A stretch of 39,738 bases of DNA from a virus (IMGVR_UViG_3300012952_000006:1-39738); one strand, 5' to 3'; positions 24,588-35,424 are shown, counted from the stretch's first letter. Notes: generated from the sequence alone by a model not told the origin. Translations and numbers: made by a program.

Positions 24588-25481
24588 ATGGGTTTGCTTG
24601 ACGCTGATGCGATAGAGAGAATGGGTCCCGCGCTGGAACAGGCACTTGGTGGAGCACCACCGGAGCCCTCTGCGCCTCCCACTCCTGCGCCTCAGATTGA
24701 GACAGCCCCTGAGCCTTCGTCCCCTGCGCAGGACGTTAATCTGAGCGCGAATGAGGAGCCTCCCGCCACAGCTCCAGAGCCTTCCGTCGAGGTTCCGAGC
24801 GGTGACGAGAGTGGACACAACGTGCCCTACGGCAGGTTCAAGCAAGTCTTGGAAGCTCGTAATAGCCATCGTGACGAGGTGGCTGCCTTGCGTTCCCAGC
24901 TTAAGGACCTCGAATCCCAGCAGGCATCGTATCTGCAGCAGCAGATCGCTCAGTCCAAGCAACAAGCTCCGGTGCAGAGCCAAGATGAGTACGGCTGGCT
25001 TGACGAGCTCGCTGGTGAAACCGCTGACGCTGCGGCGTCTCAGGTAGATCCACGAGTCGCCACGCTTGCCCAGCAAGTCGAGGCTCAGGGCGTTGCGCTG
25101 CATAAGATGCAGTTGCAGCGCGAGATGAACTCGGCCCTTGAGAAGTTTCCTGGCGTCGATCGCCGGCAAGTTCTCCAGGGTGTCGTTCAGAATCCGCAGG
25201 CTTCCGTCATGGAGATCGCGGAGCAGGTGTCTACCTACGTTGCGTCTGTCGAGGAGCGCGCCATTGCGCGGTATCTCAAAGACAACCCACAGCTCGCTGA
25301 CGCCCTGAAGGCCGAGGCGACCGCTGCGCAGGAAGCGTCTACTCCCAACGCTCCACCTCGTCCACCCAAGGGGTCTGGCAAGGTGCCGTCCATTTGGGCT
25401 AACGACGAGCGGCCCAAGTCTGTAGAGGAGGGTTCCGCGCTGTTGCGGGAGTTCCTCACCAAGCACAATCCATTCGCATAA
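24588..25481 (+). CDS. Capsid scaffolding protein
   Basis: Acidic Pro-rich N-terminus, VPYGRFKQV motif, coiled coil; directly upstream of the capsid gene. Confidence 0.75.
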   Translation: MGLLDADAIERMGPALEQALGGAPPEPSAPPTPAPQIETAPEPSSPAQDVNLSANEEPPATAPEPSVEVPSGDESGHNVPYGRFKQVLEARNSHRDEVAALRSQLKDLESQQASYLQQQIAQSKQQAPVQSQDEYGWLDELAGETADAAASQVDPRVATLAQQVEAQGVALHKMQLQREMNSALEKFPGVDRRQVLQGVVQNPQASVMEIAEQVSTYVASVEERAIARYLKDNPQLADALKAEATAAQEASTPNAPPRPPKGSGKVPSIWANDERPKSVEEGSALLREFLTKHNPFA

Positions 25482-25493
25482 AGGAGAAACGTC

Positions 25494-26876
25494 ATGGGAG
25501 CCGAACTCGGTACTTATACCGACTGGTCCAACGTGCCGTCAGATGGCCTGGCGCACATTTTGAAGGAATTTTATTTGGGGCCCGTCCGCGAGCAGCTCAA
25601 TCAGGAAGTGATGGCGCTGCAGCTGTTCCAGAAGGCAACGGTGGACTGGAACGGTCGTCTCGCTTACATCCCGATTCACGTCGGCAGGAACACCTCCGTG
25701 GAGTTCCTGGGTGAGGGAGCGCAGTTCACGGACCCCGATGGTTCCGTGGGCAGCCAGTCCTACAGCCACCTCGTGGTGCGCGCGCACTTCCTCTACGGCC
25801 ACTTCGAGATCACGGGTCCCGCCGTGGCCTCCGCGAAGTCGGGCGGCAAGGGTGCGTTCATTAGCTGGATGGAGTCCGAGATGAACCGTCTCGTGGACGA
25901 CGTCAAGAACACCGCTGATCAGAACCTGATCTCCGGTGGCTCCTGCGTCGGCTACCTCTCCCAGAACCAGAACGGCGCAGCGCCCGCTAACTGGATCTTC
26001 GACGGTGACTACGGGAAGCTCAGCACGGCCATGACCGCTGGTATGACCATCGTTCAGGTTCGTCGCCAGGATTCGCCTGGGTTCCAGTCGGATGGTACGA
26101 CTGCGCAGAACACCCGCTACCTTGCGGTCTGCGACACGACGACCATCAACTCGGTCGATGAGACGGCTGGCACCATTGCCCTGAACGCTCTGCGTACTGA
26201 TCAGGACAATGGCGGCGCTCCGGGCAGCGCAACCACCGCTGGCTTTGGGTTCCCGGTGTACCTCACCGACACGGGCTTTGCGGCGCTCGCGGCCTCCAAC
26301 GATCAGCCGAGGGGTGTCTTCGCCAACCTTAGTGAGCCCGATGTGTTCGGTGTCTCCAAGGAGGGCACCGACATCGACGCTAACGGTCTCCCCGTGATGC
26401 AGCCTCTGGTCCTGACGTGCGATCCAGCCTCTGCGGCACGAGCGGATCTGACCGCAGAGCGGATGCAACAGGTGATCGACGAGCTCTCTGTCCTTTCGGG
26501 CAAGGAGCCGGACATCATTCTGTGTCACCCGACTGTGCGCGCTCAGTACGTCGCCATGATGACCGGCACTGCGTCTCTCGTCACCGAGACTCGCGGCAAG
26601 GCCACTGACGGCGACGTGGGCTTCCTCAACCTGAGCTATCAGAACATCCCCCTCAAGTACGCGCGCCATGCGCCGCGTGGGGCGATGCTGTTCCTCCACA
26701 CCAAGTCGTGGAAGATCGCTGAGCTTAAGGCGGGAGGATTCGCGGATCTGGATGGAACCACCATCCTTCGCGAGACGCGGCGTGACCGCTGGCGCGGCTT
26801 CTGGTGCTGGTACTACAACCTCGTTTGTACCCAGCCCAACGCCAACGCCGTCCTTACGGGTATCAACATCACGTAG
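25494..26876 (+). CDS. Major capsid protein
   Basis: AAGGAG RBS; LKEFY.GPV.EQLN start; HK97-like C-terminal pattern (IILCHP...YYNLVCTQPNANAVLTGI); strong codon bias. Confidence 0.85.
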   Translation: MGAELGTYTDWSNVPSDGLAHILKEFYLGPVREQLNQEVMALQLFQKATVDWNGRLAYIPIHVGRNTSVEFLGEGAQFTDPDGSVGSQSYSHLVVRAHFLYGHFEITGPAVASAKSGGKGAFISWMESEMNRLVDDVKNTADQNLISGGSCVGYLSQNQNGAAPANWIFDGDYGKLSTAMTAGMTIVQVRRQDSPGFQSDGTTAQNTRYLAVCDTTTINSVDETAGTIALNALRTDQDNGGAPGSATTAGFGFPVYLTDTGFAALAASNDQPRGVFANLSEPDVFGVSKEGTDIDANGLPVMQPLVLTCDPASAARADLTAERMQQVIDELSVLSGKEPDIILCHPTVRAQYVAMMTGTASLVTETRGKATDGDVGFLNLSYQNIPLKYARHAPRGAMLFLHTKSWKIAELKAGGFADLDGTTILRETRRDRWRGFWCWYYNLVCTQPNANAVLTGINIT

Positions 26877-26885
26877 GGAGTTGAC

Positions 26886-27062
26886 ATGACAGACGCTCTC
26901 ATCATTCTCAACTTGATGCTGGGGGCGTCTGTCCTTGTCTTGCTCAACGGGCTCTTGTTGGTTCGTATCCGGCGAGAGCGCGTTGAGCTTGCTCAGTTTG
27001 AGGACATTCCTCACACTGACGCGCAACCGCTTGAGGAGCTTCTTTACGGCAGAGGGGAGTGA
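26886..27062 (+). CDS. 58-aa single-pass membrane protein (not in the ORF track)
   Basis: Own translation MTDALIILNLMLGASVLVLLNGLLLVRIRRERVE...YGRGE*; GGGAG RBS; GTGA overlap with the next ORF. Confidence 0.65.
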   Translation: MTDALIILNLMLGASVLVLLNGLLLVRIRRERVELAQFEDIPHTDAQPLEELLYGRGE

Positions 27063-27844
27063 GCATGGTCACGCAGATGCCGCCCATGTACGGCCAACAG
27101 TCCATGGCTAACAGGTACGCGCCTACAATGCCCTGGAACTACGGGTACGGAGTCGGTGGTGGGGTGCCCATGCAGCAGCCAGCTGATAGGCTGGCGGTCC
27201 TCCCGCCTGGCCTTCCGCCTGGAGGGGGAAGGTTTCAGCTTTCGCAGGGAGCTCCCGCTGGTGATCCGACCGGCACGACTGCTGTCGTTGACCAGGGTCG
27301 AGACGCGCTTCTGGAGCGCGCTGCTCAGATCAGGCAAGACGAGCAAAACCGGAGGATTGCGAAAGAGCGGGAAAAAGCTCAGAACGTCAACGAGTGGCAG
27401 GCTGCCGGGTCCGCTATTGGAGGCCTCACCGGCACAGCTCTGAGCTTCATCCCACCGCTCGCGCCCTTCGCCCCTGCGCTCGTTGCGGGAGGCGCAGCGC
27501 TTGGCAGCCAAGTTGGCCGAGTTGGCGCGGGTGGAGATCTCGGTTTCGGGACCGTGATGCCGGCTGTGACGAGCACCGCAAGCACTCTTCCCCAAGTGAG
27601 CCGTGACTACAGGGAGCACCAGAGGAGGGCTGCGGTTGACAGGTACGTGGCGAGCATGCCCCCAGAGCAATATGGGGCTTATGTCCAGATGCCCCCGACT
27701 GTTGCCGGTCAGTTCAACCAGGGTAACTTCAAGATGTTTGAAGAGGTATGGCTGCCCATGTACAACGAGTACTACCAGTCCGCACCTGGGGCTGCGACAG
27801 GTGACCTTGGCACTCCCCCCCCGATGGACAGCGTGCCGTCATGA
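27059..27844 (+). CDS. Gly-zipper protein, possible pilot/ejection protein
   Basis: AAGSAIGGLTGTALSFIPPLAPFAPALVAGGAALGSQVG hydrophobic Gly/Ala hairpin; Pro/Gln-rich ends. Confidence 0.55.
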   Translation: MSMVTQMPPMYGQQSMANRYAPTMPWNYGYGVGGGVPMQQPADRLAVLPPGLPPGGGRFQLSQGAPAGDPTGTTAVVDQGRDALLERAAQIRQDEQNRRIAKEREKAQNVNEWQAAGSAIGGLTGTALSFIPPLAPFAPALVAGGAALGSQVGRVGAGGDLGFGTVMPAVTSTASTLPQVSRDYREHQRRAAVDRYVASMPPEQYGAYVQMPPTVAGQFNQGNFKMFEEVWLPMYNEYYQSAPGAATGDLGTPPPMDSVPS

Positions 27845-29763
27845 GGGAGTTCCCACATAACGTCAACGGCATCCTGATGACCTCTCAGGAGGACAAGAGC
27901 ACGGAAGAGCGCTTGTGGGACCTGAGCCTTCTGTTCCTTGAAGGGCGACAGTGGCTCAATTTTGACGACCGGATTGGCCAGTACGCTCCTGTTGTCCCTC
28001 CCCGCAATGACGGACTGTTCCGGGTCACGGTCAACCTGTTGCTGAACACCTACCGGAACGTGTTGGCTCGTCTGGCCATGGCCTACCCATCCACGGCAGT
28101 TGTTCCCGCCTCTCCTGCTTATGACGACATCATCAAGGCTCAGACCTCTGAGATGACGCTCAAGTATTTCTGGCAGGCTGAGAAGGTGAAGGTGACGCTC
28201 ACTAAGATGCTGGAGTGGATTCTGACCACAGGCACCGCAGCTCTGCACACCTACTACGATCCCGGCACCAAGACGGTAAAGCTTGAGACGTTTGGTGCCT
28301 ACGACATCTTCTTTGAGGGCGGTGTCTTGGAGCCTGAGAAGTCTCAGTTCATTGCGCTGAGAAGCTTCTTCCCCCGCGAAGAACTCAAGAAAGCGTATCC
28401 TGATCACGCTGAAGAGATCGCCGTTGCGGTTGCTGCCTCGCCAGGCGATGAGGAGATTAGGCAGCCCAACACCGCTGGCGAGTTCCCTCCTGATCGGATC
28501 GAGACGTTTGAGATCTACTGGAGAGATGGACGCCACGCCATCGTGATGGGGAACACCTATCTCTACAAGGAGATGTTCCCCGTCGGCGCGTTCCCTGTGA
28601 ACATTGTCCGCTACTCTGTGATCCCACGGCGGCTGTGGGGCTTGAGCTTGCTGGCCCCTCTGCTGGACTTGCAGACGCTGTACAACAAGGCGCGGACGCA
28701 GGTGGTTCACAACATCGAGATGATGTCTAACCCCAAGTGGGTGGTGCCTAAGACCGCTGGTATTGCGGCAAGCGCCATCACCAACCGGGTTGGGGAGAAG
28801 ATCTACTACAACCCCTCGGGCGGGAAGCCTGAGCAGATCACCGGAGCTGCCATCCCCAGCCACGTCATTGACAACATCACCCGCATCCAGAGCGAGATGG
28901 GCGACGTGGCTGGCTTGCACTCTGTGACCCTTGGTAAGCGCGCAGTGGGCGTGACCTCCGGCAAGGCCATGGAGACCCTGGCCTCCTACGACACGAGCCA
29001 GTTGCAAGGGACGCAGAACGACATTGAGGCCTCCGTCGCCTCTATGGCCAAGACAGCGCTCATGCTGATGAAGCACTACTACACTGAGGAGAAGATGATC
29101 AGGATGCTCGACCACACGGGTCGAGCAGCATTTAAGATCATCCAGGGGACCGACCTTTCGGAAGACCCTGAGGTCTTTATTGAAGCCGGCTCACTGTTCC
29201 GCCACGAGGCACAAGACCGAGACGCCAAGGTCATCGAGCTGATGCAGCTCGGGCTCCTCGACCCCAAGATCGCCATGGATGAGCTCAGCTTTAGGACGGG
29301 CAACTCGTTTGTCTCTGAGAAGGTGCGCGGCATGGCGCACGCTCGTGACATCCTTGAGAGCGTCAAGCTTGGTGCAGATCCTCAGATCTACAAGTCAGAC
29401 GACCTCGAGGCATTCAGGAAGGTGTTCACAGAGTTCATGCAGTCCACTGAGTTCTATGGGCTGCCAGACGATACGCAGGATCACATCTCCAAGATCCTCG
29501 TCGCGATCAACACCGCGAACATGCCTCCCGGCGCGTATGAGATGGCTGCGCAAAGCCTCACCGTCTGGCCTCGCCCTGCCCCCTCTCCGCTCCAGGCGAT
29601 GGGCCCACAACCCCCGCCTGGCCCTCCACAGCCATCTCCACAGGGGGTTCAGGCAATGGCACCGAGGCAGCAAGCCCCAGGAAGCCTTGCTGGAGCGGAG
29701 AGGGCGGGCACCAACCGCAATGAAGCTCTGATGTCTGCAGTGCGCGGAGGGGGTGCCCTGTGA
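27841..29763 (+). CDS. Portal protein (P22-like)
   Basis: FLEGRQW, TVNLL, WG.SL...L.DLQ..YNK, SGKAM, Pro/Gln-rich C-tail; 640 aa. Confidence 0.85.
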   Translation: MREFPHNVNGILMTSQEDKSTEERLWDLSLLFLEGRQWLNFDDRIGQYAPVVPPRNDGLFRVTVNLLLNTYRNVLARLAMAYPSTAVVPASPAYDDIIKAQTSEMTLKYFWQAEKVKVTLTKMLEWILTTGTAALHTYYDPGTKTVKLETFGAYDIFFEGGVLEPEKSQFIALRSFFPREELKKAYPDHAEEIAVAVAASPGDEEIRQPNTAGEFPPDRIETFEIYWRDGRHAIVMGNTYLYKEMFPVGAFPVNIVRYSVIPRRLWGLSLLAPLLDLQTLYNKARTQVVHNIEMMSNPKWVVPKTAGIAASAITNRVGEKIYYNPSGGKPEQITGAAIPSHVIDNITRIQSEMGDVAGLHSVTLGKRAVGVTSGKAMETLASYDTSQLQGTQNDIEASVASMAKTALMLMKHYYTEEKMIRMLDHTGRAAFKIIQGTDLSEDPEVFIEAGSLFRHEAQDRDAKVIELMQLGLLDPKIAMDELSFRTGNSFVSEKVRGMAHARDILESVKLGADPQIYKSDDLEAFRKVFTEFMQSTEFYGLPDDTQDHISKILVAINTANMPPGAYEMAAQSLTVWPRPAPSPLQAMGPQPPPGPPQPSPQGVQAMAPRQQAPGSLAGAERAGTNRNEALMSAVRGGGAL

Positions 29764-30467
29764 TTGTAAGTGAGATTACTAGCCTGTTTCGGCAGTACAT
29801 CGACGAGCCCGACCAGACCTTCATCACTGACGCCATGGTCGCAACTATGCTGGCCCAGGCATACAGGGAGTTCCAGTGGACCGTCCTTCAGGTAGACGAA
29901 AGCATCTACACGACCAATGCAACGCTGTCCCTAGCGGGGGTGGCAAGCTACGACCTAGCAGACCCTGGCAACGCCCTGCGGGTATTCGGGGCGGATGCGA
30001 ACCTTACGCAGCCGCGCATGTTGAAGCTCATCTCCCTTTGCACCACGAACAGCGACGGGACAACCAACAGCCCGATGACACCAGTGACGACTCGCGGGTC
30101 GTTGTTGGAGACATCTAACTCGTTCTTTCTGGACAACACGTTCCTGCGGTTCGGGAACTCGATGACAGTGGATCTCCAGCTCACGTATTTCCCAGAGCCT
30201 ACTGCCACAGGCGCTGTCCCTGGCCCCGGCGCTGGGTATGTTGATTGGTCAACCGGGGCCTCGTTTGTAGACAACCTCTCGCTGTTCCATGACGTGATCG
30301 CGCTGTTGGCGGCCAAGCAGTACTTTATTCTCGACGGCGTGATCAACGAGCCGCTGCTGTTCCAGCTACAAGAGCGGAGCTCCGCCATGACCGAGTACCT
30401 CAACACGAGGAACTACAATGGGGCTCAGTACGTTTCCCAGGTGCGAACCTCTCACCAATTCACGTAG
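29760..30467 (+). CDS. Head-tail adaptor protein
   Basis: R.YIDEPD..F.TD..V..ML..AY start, SYDL, FHDVIALLAA; lies between portal and nozzle. Confidence 0.7.
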   Translation: MIVSEITSLFRQYIDEPDQTFITDAMVATMLAQAYREFQWTVLQVDESIYTTNATLSLAGVASYDLADPGNALRVFGADANLTQPRMLKLISLCTTNSDGTTNSPMTPVTTRGSLLETSNSFFLDNTFLRFGNSMTVDLQLTYFPEPTATGAVPGPGAGYVDWSTGASFVDNLSLFHDVIALLAAKQYFILDGVINEPLLFQLQERSSAMTEYLNTRNYNGAQYVSQVRTSHQFT

Positions 30468-30476
30468 GGGTGGGCG

Positions 30477-33464
30477 ATGGCTGTAGCGGGGCAAGAGGTT
30501 GAGCTTCTAGAGGGTGGCACCCATGTAGTCGAGCCGACCCGTGGAGCGTTTGCCCTCAACATGATCCACAGGCAAGGCGCGTGGCATGTTCGCAAGGGCT
30601 TTGGGCAGGTGACTCAGTTCACCACCCAGATGCCCATGAACGAGACAACTGACATTGCGAGGATCTCGTCTCGGATCTCAAGAGAGTGGGGCTACCAGAA
30701 GCATCTTGGCTCTCGGTTGATCACAACCTCTTCAGGCAATCAGCAGATCATCTCCGTGTTCTACTGCAAGAACAACACGGGGTCTGGGCCAGACAAGACG
30801 CAGCTCTTGCCGCTCTATTGCGTCAACATCTACGACGCGACAACGGATACCAGATGGGAAGAACCCATTTACGTCCACACATCGACGCAACAGGTCGAAG
30901 GGCAGGTCTCGAGTTCAAGAAGCCTTGGCCACGGGATGGAAGGGTGGTTCGGTCACTACGACACCAACCTTGAAGCTGACGCCCAGAAGTGGGTAGGGGC
31001 CGACCAAGACGACTACTTCTACTTCCAAGAGTACAGCTACCGTGGCGACACGGACGTTCTGTTCTTTGGGTCCAAGCGCACTGGGCTCATGTACTACGTG
31101 CCGGGGACATTTCCGCAGAAGCCCCGGTTTAGGTTCATTGACTCTGAGTACAGGAACGACTGGGCGCGCCCATACGGCGAGTCCTCCCTGGTTCAGCAGG
31201 CTACGATCAAGGTCCCGCGCACAGAGGTTGGCGAGTCCGAGGCCTTCTTCAAGCAGGACGAAGTAGGCACCCCTGACGTAGTTTGCTCCATGGGCAGTCG
31301 CCTGGTCTATGCGGTTGGGCGCACTGTCTTCTTCAGCGAGTCTGGTGATCCCACCACTATTGGCACGGACAACTTCATCACGCTGCCGTCTGAAGGCGAT
31401 GTGGTCGCAATGGCTGCGATCAACGGGCAGCTCGTAATGCTGACCTCTGACGAGACCTTTGTCTTTCAGCCGTCTGCAGGCGCGACCGTTTCTGGCGGGC
31501 GTCTTATGGCGATCTCCGACAACGTAGGCTGCGTTGGCCCCAACGCAATCGTGCGCGTCGAAGACATGCTCTTCTTCGTGGACAAGTCTGGGGTCTACAC
31601 CTACTCGGGAGATCTACAGGTCCGCCTCTCAAGCGGACATGTGGATGCGTACTTCACCGACTACGTGTCGAACCCGCTGACGTCGTTCCTAGAGGAGTCT
31701 GGGTTCACGCCTCTCGATACCCAACAGCCGCACACAGCCCTGTACTTCAAAGACCCAGGCGTCAACTGCGTGTACTCTCCCGAGCTCAGGGCGCTCCTGA
31801 TCACAGTTCCTGAGCAGAACCTCACCATATGCTTGGCCAACAGCATGTGGTCGTTCTGGAGCTACACCTCCAGTGTCTACTACGCGACAGCAACTGGCGG
31901 TGGCGGCGGGTCTGCAACGAACTCCTACCCAGGCATTGTCCAGAACGCTGACAACCCGGATGGGTTCGTAACGAATCCGTGGCTCGTGTCAGGGCAGCGT
32001 GACCTCTTTCTGGTTGGAATGGCTGATAAGCAGAAGCTGTCCGACCAAGCCCAGTGGAAGCCAGCGGCAGATGTTGTCGATGTTGATGACGATGTGCAGT
32101 CCTTCTCTGCGTACATCCTTCGCTATGGAAGGGGTGGCGGCATTGACAGGTCTATTCGCAACGAAGACGACCGCTTTATTGCCGGGAAGTACACGGTTGC
32201 CTCTGATGGTCACGCTCCGTATGCCAACGGAGCTACATGGTACGTCGATCCCTGGATACCAATGCCAAAAGGATACGTGTTCCCTAATGGATACACGGTC
32301 ACGGAAAACGACAACGTGTGGCTTCTTCCGGTCTCTCTTGTGCCCCCCCAGGCGCTGCTAGATTCAGGCCCTACCGAGTTTTACATAGAGCAGTTTGCTC
32401 TCTGGTTCCGCTTTGATCCAACCAAGTGGCAGCCAGTGGTGCAAAACGCCGACCAGACTCTTAGCACCTATGTAGACTTCCTGCTTCCGTCAGAGCGGAT
32501 GGCGAGCTGGAAGGGGTACTACACAGGACACGGCCCCAACACCATGGGGACTGACGAGCGGGTTCAGATAGTAAACTCTACAGCCACCGGCACTCCAATA
32601 TACACTGGAGACACTGTGCGCATTGAGTGGAAGGGCACCGGGGCGGGCCACTCTGGAATGGACTGGTATCACTACCCGTACATGAACATCGCACCCAGGC
32701 GAAAGTCCACGGTCATCTACATACCCATGCGCGCCAACACGGGCTCATACAAGGTCAGCGGCATGGGCCTGGTCGCAGACCGATCTGTCCATGGGCCGGC
32801 CCAACTCCCGTGGATGAAGAACAGCAACGGCGGGTCTGGGATTGCCTACTCACAAGACAACGGATTCATCCCCTGGGAGCAGTGGACAACTACGGACAAG
32901 CGAAAGCACGACAACGTAGCCCAGCCTGTTGACTGGGCCTACAAGTCTCAGATGGTCGGCAGTGGAGAGCAGGGCATGAAAGCGCGAGGCCTCTTCTCCC
33001 GGTTCCTGTCACGCGGGCCGGCCACTGTGGCCAACTACCTCGTGCCCAACTGGGTGTATGGCCTGTTCAACGTGTCCGTCGCCTCAGAGCAGAAAGGCTG
33101 GACCATGCAGGTGGTAGACACCACCGCCAGCTCTGCAGATAGCCCTGCGTGGGAAGAGTCCCGCTCTGAGCAGACGATCCGCACGCGAGTGAAGGACGCT
33201 GCCGCCGGCCTCATCAAGAAGACCTTTGGCACCGCTGGGATGAAGTACGGAAGCAGCGACTTGGATAACAAGACGCAAGGCACGTACCTAGTGGACGACC
33301 CCAACCCAGAGGCCATGTCAACGTCGCTCTCAGTGAAGGGGCGCACGTTCACCTACATGGTCTTTGGCTTCATTCAGGAGCGCGGGCAGGGGCTTGTGTT
33401 TGAGTCTATCAAGGCCTTAATTCGCACTGCCGGCTTGGGCGGTCGCCGCAGAAGGGGCAGGTAA
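30477..33464 (+). CDS. Tail nozzle / DNA stabilisation protein (beta-propeller)
   Basis: RKGF near the N-terminus, RLVY..VFFSE, NVGCVGPNAIV...LFFVDKSGVY pattern typical of podovirus nozzles. Confidence 0.75.
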   Translation: MAVAGQEVELLEGGTHVVEPTRGAFALNMIHRQGAWHVRKGFGQVTQFTTQMPMNETTDIARISSRISREWGYQKHLGSRLITTSSGNQQIISVFYCKNNTGSGPDKTQLLPLYCVNIYDATTDTRWEEPIYVHTSTQQVEGQVSSSRSLGHGMEGWFGHYDTNLEADAQKWVGADQDDYFYFQEYSYRGDTDVLFFGSKRTGLMYYVPGTFPQKPRFRFIDSEYRNDWARPYGESSLVQQATIKVPRTEVGESEAFFKQDEVGTPDVVCSMGSRLVYAVGRTVFFSESGDPTTIGTDNFITLPSEGDVVAMAAINGQLVMLTSDETFVFQPSAGATVSGGRLMAISDNVGCVGPNAIVRVEDMLFFVDKSGVYTYSGDLQVRLSSGHVDAYFTDYVSNPLTSFLEESGFTPLDTQQPHTALYFKDPGVNCVYSPELRALLITVPEQNLTICLANSMWSFWSYTSSVYYATATGGGGGSATNSYPGIVQNADNPDGFVTNPWLVSGQRDLFLVGMADKQKLSDQAQWKPAADVVDVDDDVQSFSAYILRYGRGGGIDRSIRNEDDRFIAGKYTVASDGHAPYANGATWYVDPWIPMPKGYVFPNGYTVTENDNVWLLPVSLVPPQALLDSGPTEFYIEQFALWFRFDPTKWQPVVQNADQTLSTYVDFLLPSERMASWKGYYTGHGPNTMGTDERVQIVNSTATGTPIYTGDTVRIEWKGTGAGHSGMDWYHYPYMNIAPRRKSTVIYIPMRANTGSYKVSGMGLVADRSVHGPAQLPWMKNSNGGSGIAYSQDNGFIPWEQWTTTDKRKHDNVAQPVDWAYKSQMVGSGEQGMKARGLFSRFLSRGPATVANYLVPNWVYGLFNVSVASEQKGWTMQVVDTTASSADSPAWEESRSEQTIRTRVKDAAAGLIKKTFGTAGMKYGSSDLDNKTQGTYLVDDPNPEAMSTSLSVKGRTFTYMVFGFIQERGQGLVFESIKALIRTAGLGGRRRRGR

Positions 33465-34045
33465 TGGGGCGTGTCTTTGAGATACCCCAGCAAGAGGGGT
33501 TCACAAAGGTTGAGATGTTCAACCAGCAGGTGCGCGATGACGTAGCCAACGTCGTGGCAGCGGTGGGCATTGATGGACCAGCCCCGGCTCGAATAGAGGA
33601 GCCTGCGCCCACGAACAACGCCATAACGCTTCCTGCCGGAAGGAACTTTGGGTGCAGGATTGGAGTGGCAGACACGACCGTCAGAGCGCTGTCCGCTGGG
33701 TGCTACATGACCAGAAAGGCCATCATTGAAGCAGATGCTGTGTTTGACGGGATCCACTTTACGTCATCGGCTGACAACACTGATGAGCTCATTAACATCC
33801 GTGGCACATCGGTCGCTGTCTTCAGGAACTGCACCTTTGAGAAGGTTGCGTCCGACAAGACTACGTTTGTCAGCGTCGTGGCTGGGGCTAAGGCGATCTT
33901 CGTTGGCTGCGTGTTCAAAGGGGACCCATCTGTAGCCGGAAACCTCTTTGACCACTCTGGAGCTGCGGGCAATATTCAGATCGTGGGTTGCTACAACAAG
34001 ACCACCCACGCATACGGCACAGCCACCGTTACAGCGAGCATCTGA
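33464..34045 (+). CDS. Short beta-helix tail-associated protein
   Basis: FDGIHF / FRNCTF / FVGCVF / IVGC repeats. Confidence 0.65.
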   Translation: MGRVFEIPQQEGFTKVEMFNQQVRDDVANVVAAVGIDGPAPARIEEPAPTNNAITLPAGRNFGCRIGVADTTVRALSAGCYMTRKAIIEADAVFDGIHFTSSADNTDELINIRGTSVAVFRNCTFEKVASDKTTFVSVVAGAKAIFVGCVFKGDPSVAGNLFDHSGAAGNIQIVGCYNKTTHAYGTATVTASI

Positions 34046-35424
34046 TGGCACAGACCAAACACACGCGCATCATCACCGATGAGCAGTTCTCTGAGTCCAC
34101 AACGGTGGACGGCACCCGTATTGATCGAGCGCTTGAAGACACCGTCTCGTTCTTCAATTCAATGCCCCCGTCTGCCATCAAGACTCGGTTCATACCGCAA
34201 GATAGGGTGTGGGGGTGGATGCCTGAGCCGTCAGTTCACGCTGTGACGTTCGATCTGGTGATCACAAGTGGCGGGACGGGGTACTTGACTGCCACAGGAG
34301 ACACGCCCACCAGCGCAAGCATCGCTGGCACCAACATGACGGTGGACCTCGCAACCACCGCTGGTGTTGTGACAGGCGCAACCATCAACAACACCGGAAC
34401 GGGGTACGTGCCTGGCGAAGTCATTACGCCCACAAGGTATGTGGCGGCTATCACAGCCCCTGGTGCCACCTATTTTGATGCGACTGACGTGGCAGCGACT
34501 GGTGGTGCAGGTACTGGGATGAAGCTAGACATCACTGCTGATGGTGGCGGCGCGATCATCGGCGTTAAGATCAGAGACTGCGGAAGCGGCTACAACACTG
34601 GCGACATCCTGGGTGTTCCGGGTGGTGCTGGACAAGTGACAATCACCATCAGCGCAGGCGACTGCTCCCTGACCTTGATGCCAAAGTACCGCCATCATTG
34701 GCCGTGGGTAGGGACCTGGAACCGCGAAGGGCGAGTGGCCACAGGGTCGTCTGTCCCTTCGTCATTCCTCAACGACTTCCGCATCAAGGGCACTCTGACC
34801 TCTGGCATTATCAACCAGATGCCAGACGCGGGGACAGCATGGCCTCTTGGTGAGCAGTTCGCGTGGACAACCGAGCTGTTTGTGGGCAAGCCCGCTGTCT
34901 TTGACGCGCTGCAGTTGATGCTTTGCCAGGACCACAGGGACTCTGTTAACAAGCCTTTTGGCGAGCATGTTGGGTTCGGCAACTTTGAGTGGTCAGGGTC
35001 CGACAACAACGCTGGGGCCATTGCGGGCATGCCTGCCACGGACATGCAGTTAGTGGTGCAGGTTGCCGATACGTTCGACAGCAGGATCAGGGCGAAAGAC
35101 TCTGCTGAGATTCAGCGGCACACATTCATGATCAAGATGGACTCCTTCTCGTGGCACAAGCAGGAGGATCTTCCGACTGATGGGCCTGGGTGGGTCGATA
35201 TGGCCCCAACCCTGTATCCTGGTGGCGCTATCAGGGGGGCGGTCGTGCAGTTGAACGAACTCAACATCCCCATTCACCAGAACGCCATCGTCAGGGTCTC
35301 GATTGTGATCCCAAGGTACAAGCTTGAGACATGGCCAAGCAATGGGCCGTCATGGTGGGGCAGGGAGCCCTGGGGCAACACCTACTACACTATGAGCGCG
35401 ACGATGCTTGAGGAGGTTGAGTAG
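34045..35424 (+). CDS. Tail structural protein with two G(T/S)GY modules
   Basis: Real start likely ATG 34045 (TGATG coupling); GGTGY, TGTGY, CGSGY repeats. Confidence 0.65.
   Translation: MAQTKHTRIITDEQFSESTTVDGTRIDRALEDTVSFFNSMPPSAIKTRFIPQDRVWGWMPEPSVHAVTFDLVITSGGTGYLTATGDTPTSASIAGTNMTVDLATTAGVVTGATINNTGTGYVPGEVITPTRYVAAITAPGATYFDATDVAATGGAGTGMKLDITADGGGAIIGVKIRDCGSGYNTGDILGVPGGAGQVTITISAGDCSLTLMPKYRHHWPWVGTWNREGRVATGSSVPSSFLNDFRIKGTLTSGIINQMPDAGTAWPLGEQFAWTTELFVGKPAVFDALQLMLCQDHRDSVNKPFGEHVGFGNFEWSGSDNNAGAIAGMPATDMQLVVQVADTFDSRIRAKDSAEIQRHTFMIKMDSFSWHKQEDLPTDGPGWVDMAPTLYPGGAIRGAVVQLNELNIPIHQNAIVRVSIVIPRYKLETWPSNGPSWWGREPWGNTYYTMSATMLEEVE

Noticed and set aside
25539-27026. 495-aa antisense ORF opposite the major capsid gene
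   Set aside because: Shadow frame expected from strong codon bias in a high-GC gene; no motifs or convincing RBS.
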